This document shows positions 27,025-33,243 of a stretch of DNA of 36,723 nt, in pieces. The position numbers and the translations under genes are program-made. The stretch comes from a virus. The stretch is taken from IMG/VR virus record IMGVR_UViG_3300004481_000330, positions 1-36,723 of that record; one strand, written 5' to 3'. How positions within the stretch are numbered: position 1 is the stretch's first letter; each line of letters starts with the position of its first letter. The notes beneath the pieces were generated by a model. The model did no database searches and was not told the origin of the DNA. It saw only the letters and a list, made by a program, of their open reading frames with translations.

Positions 27025-27451
27025 TGCCTTCTCCATTTTCGTAACCTTCAGACTCATCTTCTGGCTGTTCACCACGCTCCCATGCTTGGCAAACACGCAG
27101 ATTATGGCAAATGAAGTCGAATTTGTTGCACCAACCACGGCCACCACCGTCTTTGTCGTATGCGTCTTCTGGAATTTGCTCCATCTTGGCCAGCATATCA
27201 GGGCCATCGTTGAAGTATTCGCAGTTTGCGCACAGATTACGCTTGGCTTGATCTGGGCTGATACGCCAGACAGTTGCCAGCTTGCGCCAATATTCGCTAT
27301 TTGGCTGCTGCGTTTTCTCAGGGCCAAGCATCCAGTTTTTCTTCACATGGTCACGATTTTTCATGACTTCTTGTGCGTCAAGCTCGTCTTCAGCCTCTTG
27401 AGTCTTGATTTCGATGGCGATCTCAGCGCCTGAGTCTAGCAATCCAGCCAT
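27008..27451 (-). CDS. acidic protein with a HiPIP-like Cys motif
   Basis: CANCEYF ...(30 aa)... GWCNKFDFICHNLRVCQAWE. GGAG lies 6 nt upstream of the ATG. The tail is very acidic. Confidence 0.7.
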   Translation of the reverse strand: MAGLLDSGAEIAIEIKTQEAEDELDAQEVMKNRDHVKKNWMLGPEKTQQPNSEYWRKLATVWRISPDQAKRNLCANCEYFNDGPDMLAKMEQIPEDAYDKDGGGRGWCNKFDFICHNLRVCQAWERGEQPEDESEGYENGEGNDEDE

Positions 27452-27569
27452 TGTTTTCTCCAGTTGACATCATTATCACATTTTTTGATGTTTGTATCTA
27501 GGTGTTTGTACTAATGAATTTCTTGTGGATAAGTCATATGATTGATCCATCAACAACCAAGGAACTGTG

Positions 27570-27668
27570 ATGACCAAAGAAAAATTTGCTGACTTGACCC
27601 TCGCCATTGGATTGGGTATCGTACTGGCGGGATTTGCACTTGCCTATTTTGATGTGTTAATCAAGTAA
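27570..27668 (+). CDS. possible 32-aa single-TMD peptide on the opposite strand
   Basis: AAGGAA precedes the ATG at 27570. Sequence: MTKEKFADLTLAIGLGIVLAGFALAYFDVLIK. It lies in the 209-nt gap between two minus-strand genes. Confidence 0.25.
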   Translation: MTKEKFADLTLAIGLGIVLAGFALAYFDVLIK

Positions 27669-27939
27669 TCACATCAACCTCTTTAGACCTTGAGCGTAAC
27701 TTGCTCAGGGTCTTTTTTATTTGTGCTTCGTATTCTGATCGGCTAATGCTTCTACGCTGAAGACAGTGCCATTCATGGACTTCTTTGATTGACTTGATGC
27801 CTTGAGCTGTCAAACCCATCTTCTTGGTCTTCTCATAGCGTTTTGCAGCGGATTTAAGCTCTATTTCGGCCATCATGCAATCAACCAAGCATTCGGGGCC
27901 AATACCTTCTCTGCCCATTGTTTGACAGACGTTATTCAT
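27661..27939 (-). CDS. hypothetical protein (92 aa)
   Basis: Track ORF with basic, Cys-containing sequence. No family recognised. Confidence 0.55.
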   Translation of the reverse strand: MNNVCQTMGREGIGPECLVDCMMAEIELKSAAKRYEKTKKMGLTAQGIKSIKEVHEWHCLQRRSISRSEYEAQIKKTLSKLRSRSKEVDVIT

Positions 27940-27954
27940 GTCAACCAGGTCTTG

Positions 27955-28119
27955 TCATGTTCTTAACGTTCCTTTGCCAGTCATCATGTCATTGATTGCT
28001 TGAAGCTCACGATCTGACAGTTGCTTTAGGCGATCTTCGTCTGTGATGCAAGCACCTTCGATAGCCATTAAAATTGGGTTTACAAGAGCGTAAATCTTGC
28101 GTTTACAGCGTTTTTTCAT
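27955..28119 (-). CDS. hypothetical small protein (54 aa)
   Basis: Hand-translated: MKKRCKRKIYALVNPILMAIEGACITDEDRLKQLSDRELQAINDMMTGKGTLRT. Its ATG overlaps the upstream stop (ATGA). Confidence 0.4.
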   Translation of the reverse strand: MKKRCKRKIYALVNPILMAIEGACITDEDRLKQLSDRELQAINDMMTGKGTLRT

Positions 28120-28298
28120 GCTTGTTCTCTAATCCATACAGCAAAACTTGCGGCTGTGTCACCAAAAGGCATTTTGTCAATTTGATCTGCAAGCTCTTTG
28201 CATTTAGCAGCAGCGACAAGGGAGGCAAACTTGAAATCATCTTCATGAGCTGAGCCATACACTTCAATTGCCATGTTAATTATGTCTTCTTGGTTCAT
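28116..28298 (-). CDS. small protein, N-terminal paralogue of 28417..29016
   Basis: MNQEDIINMAIE...FASLVAAAKCKE parallels MTKEDIINMAREAG...FAALVAAAERAR in the gene two positions upstream. Confidence 0.55.
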   Translation of the reverse strand: MNQEDIINMAIEVYGSAHEDDFKFASLVAAAKCKELADQIDKMPFGDTAASFAVWIREQA

Positions 28299-28420
28299 GA
28301 CTTTTCCTTAAGCAGTGTGCTGATTATTTTCCAGCACCGTTGGCACTGGTACATATAGTGGTTGGGTGTGCGGTATTTGATGCCGAAGTTGCTCGGCTCC
28401 CATCGGTGTTTGCAGGTCAT
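28295..28420 (-). CDS. small Cys-containing protein (41 aa), zinc-ribbon-like
   Basis: Hand-translated: MTCKHRWEPSNFGIKYRTPNHYMYQCQRCWKIISTLLKEKS. ATGA overlaps occur at both ends. Confidence 0.45.
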   Translation of the reverse strand: MTCKHRWEPSNFGIKYRTPNHYMYQCQRCWKIISTLLKEKS

Positions 28421-29016
28421 GTGTTCTTGCTCCTTAATTTGGCTTCGATGGCAAGTGCAAGTGAGATTTGCGTATGGTCTCCGCCTAAGATAACGCGCAA
28501 CTCATCTGCTTTCAGTCCAACCCATGTGCGCTGTGCTTTGCCCTCAAGCTCCCCATAACGCTTCTGCAATCGTGTGAGAGCCTGCTCCAAGGTCTTGTAG
28601 TCCTCCTGCTGTGCTGGTGGGGATGTGTAGAGCTTGGTGCCAACAGGCACAGAATCCAGCCATTCCAGCGAGGCATGGACAATCTTGAAAGGGAGCCATA
28701 CAAGTGGGGCGTTGGGAGGCTTTGCTGCCATAACGACTTCTGCCACAGGCTCCTGCTGTGCTGGCTGCTCTGCCTCAACAACTTCAAGGTCACAATACCT
28801 ACATAGAATGCCGCCACGCTTCAATGCACAGTCATGATCCTGCTGCACGGGTGCTGGCTGCTCTGCCATTCTCGCTCGCTCGGCAGCAGCGACAAGAGCG
28901 GCGAAGCGTTCAAGCTCACGAATGGTGTCTTGTTTCCATTGATTGCTTTCAAGCAGGTCAATCGGCTCCAAAATGCCAGCCTCACGCGCCATGTTAATGA
29001 TGTCTTCTTTGGTCAT
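28417..29016 (-). CDS. hypothetical protein with a conserved EDIINMAREAG N-terminus
   Basis: Start set at the ATG at 29016, which has an ATGA overlap with the upstream micro-ORF. The N-terminal motif is common in small proteobacterial-phage early proteins. There are internal AEQPA repeats. Confidence 0.6.
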   Translation of the reverse strand: MTKEDIINMAREAGILEPIDLLESNQWKQDTIRELERFAALVAAAERARMAEQPAPVQQDHDCALKRGGILCRYCDLEVVEAEQPAQQEPVAEVVMAAKPPNAPLVWLPFKIVHASLEWLDSVPVGTKLYTSPPAQQEDYKTLEQALTRLQKRYGELEGKAQRTWVGLKADELRVILGGDHTQISLALAIEAKLRSKNT

Positions 29017-29168
29017 GCTGTCACCACCCCACGCATCTCCCAACCCAATTGAAAATACGACCAACGCATTTGCAGGGCAGGTATCTTGTACTTTCCTGTG
29101 CGGGTCATAGTGAAGTCGGTATGGCCCTTCACTCGCATAGTTGCTTCAAAAACTCGTTGTGCGTTCAT
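29013..29168 (-). CDS. hypothetical small protein (51 aa)
   Basis: Hand-translated: MNAQRVFEATMRVKGHTDFTMTRTGKYKIPALQMRWSYFQLGWEMRGVVTA. ATGA overlaps occur at both ends. Confidence 0.4.
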   Translation of the reverse strand: MNAQRVFEATMRVKGHTDFTMTRTGKYKIPALQMRWSYFQLGWEMRGVVTA

Positions 29169-29416
29169 AAGTTCACCTGTTTTAATGCTGCTTGAAGACC
29201 TGCCAGTCCACCAACGAACTGGTTATTGATATAGATGGCTGGCATCTGTCGGATGTTGGAATCTTGCATTTTTTTCTCTGCAACAGGATTGGCATCAACC
29301 CAATACTCTGTGTATGCCAAACCCTTTTGCTTCATCAACTGTTTTGCTGTCGTGCAGTTTGGACAGTTGCTCTTGGTGTAGATGGTGACGTTAAATTCAA
29401 TGATGTCAGAGTTCAT
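29165..29416 (-). CDS. glutaredoxin/NrdH-like thiol-disulfide oxidoreductase
   Basis: The IYTKSNCPNCTTAKQLM active-site CxxC sits in a thioredoxin-fold context. MPAIYINNQFVGG resembles the glutaredoxin GG motif. Confidence 0.85.
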   Translation of the reverse strand: MNSDIIEFNVTIYTKSNCPNCTTAKQLMKQKGLAYTEYWVDANPVAEKKMQDSNIRQMPAIYINNQFVGGLAGLQAALKQVNL

Positions 29417-29703
29417 TTTTTATCCAGCCAAATTGTGATTGTTTTTGTTCGATGGTCTTTTTTTCTGCGAAAACTGTAATCACCTTTGATGTTTTTGTTT
29501 TTACAGAATCTGTCCCAAGTGCGTCTTACTTTGTCAAAATCTTCTTCTGGGATAACCAACGCTCGATCTTCTGAGATCAATTGGTTAAATTCGCCATCCA
29601 GTTGCGTTTGACCCTTTGACTTTTTATTGATCTCAGGCTTTGCAGTGAACTGGTAGCCATTGACAAAAGGATTTCTCTTTGCAAAGGATGTTTCAATAGG
29701 CAT
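29413..29703 (-). CDS. hypothetical basic protein (96 aa)
   Basis: Track ORF with a 4-nt overlap with the glutaredoxin gene. Confidence 0.55.
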   Translation of the reverse strand: MPIETSFAKRNPFVNGYQFTAKPEINKKSKGQTQLDGEFNQLISEDRALVIPEEDFDKVRRTWDRFCKNKNIKGDYSFRRKKDHRTKTITIWLDKK

Positions 29704-29917
29704 TTTTCAATTCCCAAGAGTGGTCAATGAAAGCAGCTTCAGCTTCCATCTCAAGCTCGGAAATTTGCTCTTTGCTCAAGATTGGAGTGATGTCCATGCA
29801 CTCAAAAAAGACACCGTTAAACGATGGAATCAAACTGCCATCATCGTCTTTGGTGAGATCAAGCCATACGGACACGATACCGCCATTCAGAGTTGTTGTG
29901 TATTCAAATTCAGTCAT
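29693..29917 (-). CDS. hypothetical acidic protein (74 aa)
   Basis: Track ORF, strongly acidic. Confidence 0.5.
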   Translation of the reverse strand: MTEFEYTTTLNGGIVSVWLDLTKDDDGSLIPSFNGVFFECMDITPILSKEQISELEMEAEAAFIDHSWELKNAY

Positions 29918-29971
29918 ACAGTTCCTTGGTTAGTGAGCCTTCATTGTGTACCACATCGCCACTAATTTGTA

Positions 29972-30301
29972 TTAGGAAAAACCCTTAGGCAATGGCACAT
30001 CTTCAGGCCATAGACCACGCAGCTTTAAAATTGTGACTGTCAGCCTGTGTGCGTCTTCCCACATTTCCATGCGCTCGGCTTTGGTCATAGATGCTCCTTG
30101 GTCAAGTTGGCTGTGGCAGTTAAAGCAAAGGCTTGCGATCAAGTTGTCATCAGCTTTAATTCCCCTTCCCTTGCCACCACCCCAATTCGTATGTGCGGCC
30201 ACCACAGTACCGTCATCAGCCAAACAATGTTGGCAAGGTATCTTTCGAGCAGCCTCAAGCAGCTTCTTGCTTCTAATGTAATTATGTTTTGGAAACATCA
30301 T
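29972..30301 (-). CDS. DUF1364 (YbcO-like) Cys/His-motif protein
   Basis: IPCQHC...VAAHTNWGGGKGRGIKADDNLIASLCFNCHSQLD matches the recalled lambdoid nin-region DUF1364 pattern. Start moved to the ATG at 30301 to limit overlap. Confidence 0.6.
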   Translation of the reverse strand: MMFPKHNYIRSKKLLEAARKIPCQHCLADDGTVVAAHTNWGGGKGRGIKADDNLIASLCFNCHSQLDQGASMTKAERMEMWEDAHRLTVTILKLRGLWPEDVPLPKGFS

Positions 30302-30542
30302 TGCAAACAGTCTTCCACCATGCTTTGAACTCAATAGGGTCATACCAACTATTGCTGTTAACAGTTTTTGACTTATGAATAATCTTAGGCTTTGGCGAAT
30401 TATTTTTCATCATTGCTTGCCTAACTTTTCCTTCTTTAACGTTAAGCATTTCACATATCTCATGGAAATTTTTAAGTGGCTTATTAATTTTTCCAGTTGC
30501 CCTTTGTTTATTTAGCTCGGAAAGTGTTTTAGGAAAGTTCAT
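30282..30542 (-). CDS. hypothetical protein (86 aa)
   Basis: Start set at the ATG at 30542 (MNFPKTLSELNK). Basic, possibly DNA-binding. Confidence 0.45.
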   Translation of the reverse strand: MNFPKTLSELNKQRATGKINKPLKNFHEICEMLNVKEGKVRQAMMKNNSPKPKIIHKSKTVNSNSWYDPIEFKAWWKTVCNDVSKT

Positions 30543-30945
30543 TGTGTTCTCCAATACTTGTAGGCGACCACTCAACACAACGAAAATCACCAAAAGCGTG
30601 AGCCAGCGTTATCAAGTCTGTCATCTCTTGTTTTGTCATCTTGCTGGTTGACGTTCCAAGAACCACAAATCCACCATCTATGCCGGGAATAGCTCTTTGC
30701 TTTTTCAGTCCAGCAGTCAGCAAGTCCTTGTATTCTTCTTTTGTCAGCTTTTGACCATGCCACGGAACTTGATTTGCCAAGTCATTCAAGATGCTCCACA
30801 TGATCTGATTTTGTGGAAGGCTTCGTTTTTCCTGTTCAATTGTCAGCACCAGCTTATTGCCAGCCATCAGGTAAGGCTTTGCTTTCTGCCAAATGTCTTT
30901 TAAAACAGTGTGCGCTTGTTGTGCGTTGTGAAGTGTGACTTTCAT
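30529..30945 (-). CDS. ninB: NinB/Orf-family recombination mediator
   Basis: RSLPQNQIMWSILNDLANQVPWHGQKLTKEEYKDLLTAG matches the NinB signature (RS..QN...W..L.DIA.QV.W.G). Confidence 0.8.
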   Translation of the reverse strand: MKVTLHNAQQAHTVLKDIWQKAKPYLMAGNKLVLTIEQEKRSLPQNQIMWSILNDLANQVPWHGQKLTKEEYKDLLTAGLKKQRAIPGIDGGFVVLGTSTSKMTKQEMTDLITLAHAFGDFRCVEWSPTSIGEHNELS

Positions 30946-31355
30946 TCAAGTTCCTCACGAACGCAAACATGAACGCTTGCAATGGTGTCGTATCGCTTGG
31001 TAACGTGTAGGCTGACCACCTGGACATCATCCTTGTACACAATTCCGTTCATCGCATCCAGAAAAGACTTAGCCACGTTATCAAGGTCAGGCTTCTTTGG
31101 CCTCTCCAAACGATTTAAACAGGCTTCCTTGCGTTTTTTTGAGTAACTGGCGGGGATAGCATGGTTGATGTAGATATAGACCGCCACAGGCGTTTCTAGC
31201 GGCAATGATGGGCACATTGCTGACAGTGCTTGTGAAGCAATCAGGTTTTCATAATCCACTGACTTCTTTGGTGTGTATGTTCGGCCTTTTGAAAACCTTG
31301 GACGTTGCTTGCCAACTGGGTCGCCTTCAACACTGAAAATAAGTTGGAATGTCAT
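30942..31355 (-). CDS. rusA: RusA-family Holliday junction resolvase
   Basis: GDPVGKQRPRF ... PDLDNVAKSFLDAMNGIVYKDDVQV are RusA hallmarks. Start at the ATG at 31355, with an ATGA overlap with the MTase stop. Confidence 0.9.
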   Translation of the reverse strand: MTFQLIFSVEGDPVGKQRPRFSKGRTYTPKKSVDYENLIASQALSAMCPSLPLETPVAVYIYINHAIPASYSKKRKEACLNRLERPKKPDLDNVAKSFLDAMNGIVYKDDVQVVSLHVTKRYDTIASVHVCVREELE

Positions 31356-32170
31356 GAATTTAAGAGTCTCCATGCTGATGCGGCACACAATGGGACTTGT
31401 CCGTTACCAATGGCTTTAAGTCGGTCCACCCTAGCGGCCACCCCATGATCCACTCGACCCACGTTGGGTTCAGCCTCCCACCATTTCCCGCCCCCATCAA
31501 TCGGGCCTCTTCGATGGTCGTATTCTTCTTGAGCAAATCCCATGAGCCACTGCCTCCACACATCCCCTTTGTCCTCGGTGTGGGCCAATGAGCCACTACG
31601 CCCAGACCAGGTGACTTCCTGTTGCCCGACTTGTCTGTGTCCTTCCAGTCCCGAGCGTTTGGAGTGGGCAAGAATCCAGATTCTGTCCCTTTGGTGATTG
31701 GCTCCAACATCGGCTGCTCCCATAACAGTCCACTTACAGTCATACCCCATTTCGGTAAGGTCTCCAACGACTCTTGTTCCTCCCCGAGTAGTGAGCATTG
31801 GGGAGTTTTCCACGAAGACGTATCGGGGTCGTACTTCGCCAACCACCCTCGCCATGTGCTTCCACATTCCTGATCGTTCTCCATCAAGGCCATCTCCCTT
31901 TCCTGCGGCTGAGATGTCTTGGCATGGAAATCCGCCAGATACAACGTCAACAATTCCTCTCCACGGTCTTCCGTCAAAGGTTTGTACGTCATCCCAAATC
32001 GGGAAAGGCGGGAGAAGTCCGTCATTTTGTCGGGCGCACAATACGCTTGCTGGATAGGGTTCCCATTCAACGGCGCAGACTGTTTTCCATCCAAGGAGTT
32101 TTCCGCCAAGGATTCCTCCACCTGCTCCTGCGAACAAAGCGAGTTCATTAAGGCTTGACTGATTATCCAT
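31352..32170 (-). CDS. DNA (cytosine-5)-methyltransferase (frame A)
   Basis: Motifs in order: LFAGAGGG (I), GGFPCQDIS (IV), VFVENSP (VI), ANHQRDRIWILA (VIII), WWEAEPNVGRV...RLKAIGNGQVP (IX/X). The ATG at 32170 directly follows the upstream stop. Confidence 0.9.
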   Translation of the reverse strand: MDNQSSLNELALFAGAGGGILGGKLLGWKTVCAVEWEPYPASVLCARQNDGLLPPFPIWDDVQTFDGRPWRGIVDVVSGGFPCQDISAAGKGDGLDGERSGMWKHMARVVGEVRPRYVFVENSPMLTTRGGTRVVGDLTEMGYDCKWTVMGAADVGANHQRDRIWILAHSKRSGLEGHRQVGQQEVTWSGRSGSLAHTEDKGDVWRQWLMGFAQEEYDHRRGPIDGGGKWWEAEPNVGRVDHGVAARVDRLKAIGNGQVPLCAASAWRLLNS

Positions 32171-32175
32171 GTCAC
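31360..32175 (-). CDS. 271-codon ORF in the +1 frame, co-extensive with the methyltransferase gene (frame B)
   Basis: The ORF is open from the GTG at 32175 to 31360. It contains LPTPNARDWKD, HWPTPRTKG and RLNPTWVEWIMGWPLGWTDL. GAGG lies 7 nt upstream of the GTG. Whether it is expressed is unknown. Confidence 0.4.
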   Translation of the reverse strand: MTWIISQALMNSLCSQEQVEESLAENSLDGKQSAPLNGNPIQQAYCAPDKMTDFSRLSRFGMTYKPLTEDRGEELLTLYLADFHAKTSQPQEREMALMENDQECGSTWRGWLAKYDPDTSSWKTPQCSLLGEEQESLETLPKWGMTVSGLLWEQPMLEPITKGTESGFLPTPNARDWKDTDKSGNRKSPGLGVVAHWPTPRTKGMCGGSGSWDLLKKNTTIEEARLMGAGNGGRLNPTWVEWIMGWPLGWTDLKPLVTDKSHCVPHQHGDS

Positions 32176-32381
32176 AGCAAAGCCTCGCCAACTTCTTCCA
32201 GCACTTGATTGCCGTGATAGCGACTTGGCAGCTTGGTGCAGTCAGCTTTGTTAAACCACTGAGGAAAGTCAGGCCAAGGCCAATCGTCACGCATCAAGGA
32301 CAACAGCAGTTGTTTGTCGTTCCTGCGAACTTCAAGACCTTTGCGGCCATCTTTTGTCTTCCACATATCGCCTTGACTCAT
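32172..32381 (-). CDS. hypothetical protein (69 aa)
   Basis: Track ORF with a 4-nt overlap upstream. Its stop abuts the MTase start. Confidence 0.5.
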   Translation of the reverse strand: MSQGDMWKTKDGRKGLEVRRNDKQLLLSLMRDDWPWPDFPQWFNKADCTKLPSRYHGNQVLEEVGEALL

Positions 32382-32584
32382 ACTTCCCTCGCTTTCAGCA
32401 TGGCGTCTGCGATTTTGTAAGCGGTGCGTGAAACATCACCTTCATGGCTGTATTTCTGCGACATTGCTTGCATTGCCTTAGCCGCAAAGTAGTCTCTCAA
32501 GGTCATGCCGTGTGAGTTTGTTTCTTGATCTTCAATGTAAATACTTTGGACGGGAAATGCTGATCCGCCTGTGTTTTTAGTCAT
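32378..32584 (-). CDS. conserved small phage protein
   Basis: GMTLRDYFAAKAMQAM...AYKIADAMLKAR is a pattern I recall from many small phage proteins of unknown function. Confidence 0.55.
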   Translation of the reverse strand: MTKNTGGSAFPVQSIYIEDQETNSHGMTLRDYFAAKAMQAMSQKYSHEGDVSRTAYKIADAMLKAREV

Positions 32585-32793
32585 TCCAATTCTCCTGTTC
32601 GTAGTTTGTGCATATAAGACCTGATTCGTTCAACAGAACCTCGTCCATAGCGTTTTTCAATGTATTCCATACGATCTCTTGTCAACACACTTTGTTTTGT
32701 GAAAAGCCAAGTACCGTACAGGATTCGAGCTTCGCCAAGTTCGATCTGGTATCTGTCGCTTTGATTCTCTATCGTTCTACGGCTGTACGTCAT
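32581..32793 (-). CDS. hypothetical protein (70 aa)
   Basis: Track ORF with a 4-nt overlap downstream. Confidence 0.5.
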   Translation of the reverse strand: MTYSRRTIENQSDRYQIELGEARILYGTWLFTKQSVLTRDRMEYIEKRYGRGSVERIRSYMHKLRTGELE

Positions 32794-32908
32794 CGGGGTT
32801 TTCCACTAGATCACCAGTTATTTCTAAAGCCATGTTGACGATCTTTGCTGGATAGCTCCATCCGTCTTTCAGGCGGTCAAGGATTCTTTTTGCTGTTTCG
32901 TAGGTCAT
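32777..32908 (-). CDS. hypothetical small protein (43 aa)
   Basis: Start set at the ATG at 32908 (MTYETAKRILDRLKDGW), which forms an ATGA overlap with the upstream stop. The track's longer N-terminus lies inside the upstream gene. Confidence 0.4.
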   Translation of the reverse strand: MTYETAKRILDRLKDGWSYPAKIVNMALEITGDLVENPDDVQP

Positions 32909-33243
32909 TTTTTCACCTTCGCAATCAGTTCGGCAATTCGCTTTTTGTTCGCAAGCATTTGTTCTTGCGTAAGTTTGTTCTCCAGCATTGGCACTGCTGT
33001 ATCTGGTGCTTTTCTGCACATCGCTCTGAACTCCAAGACTGTTGGCGGCTTGATTCCTTCAGGCATATTCTTCAAAGCATAAGCAATCGAGTCAGGATGG
33101 TTTTTAAAGCCAGCAAGCTCATGTGACCAGTCAATCTTGACTTCATCAATGTTCAAACCTTCCCATCGTCCAAGAAAGTCGCGGCCATAGATCATGGTCA
33201 GCTTGGTAAAGATTCTTTCCACCCATGGCATTGGCAAGCTCAT
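32905..33243 (-). CDS. hypothetical protein of the replication module (112 aa)
   Basis: It has a 4-nt overlap with the DUF1376 gene. Its position matches that of helicase-loader-type partners in lambdoid phages, but no motif is secure. Confidence 0.5.
   Translation of the reverse strand: MSLPMPWVERIFTKLTMIYGRDFLGRWEGLNIDEVKIDWSHELAGFKNHPDSIAYALKNMPEGIKPPTVLEFRAMCRKAPDTAVPMLENKLTQEQMLANKKRIAELIAKVKK

Noticed and set aside
27025-27327. The upstream two-thirds of track ORF 26851..27327 (158 aa).
   Set aside because: It is fully nested in the better-supported 27008..27451 gene in another frame, and its sequence is Cys/Thr/Lys-rich noise. Only the last 57 codons match a recognisable small-protein family.
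7810-27451. A shared MAGLLD N-terminus between 7810..9189 and 27008..27451.
   Set aside because: Identity is limited to six residues encoded by different codons. Nothing beyond them is similar, so this is most likely coincidence.
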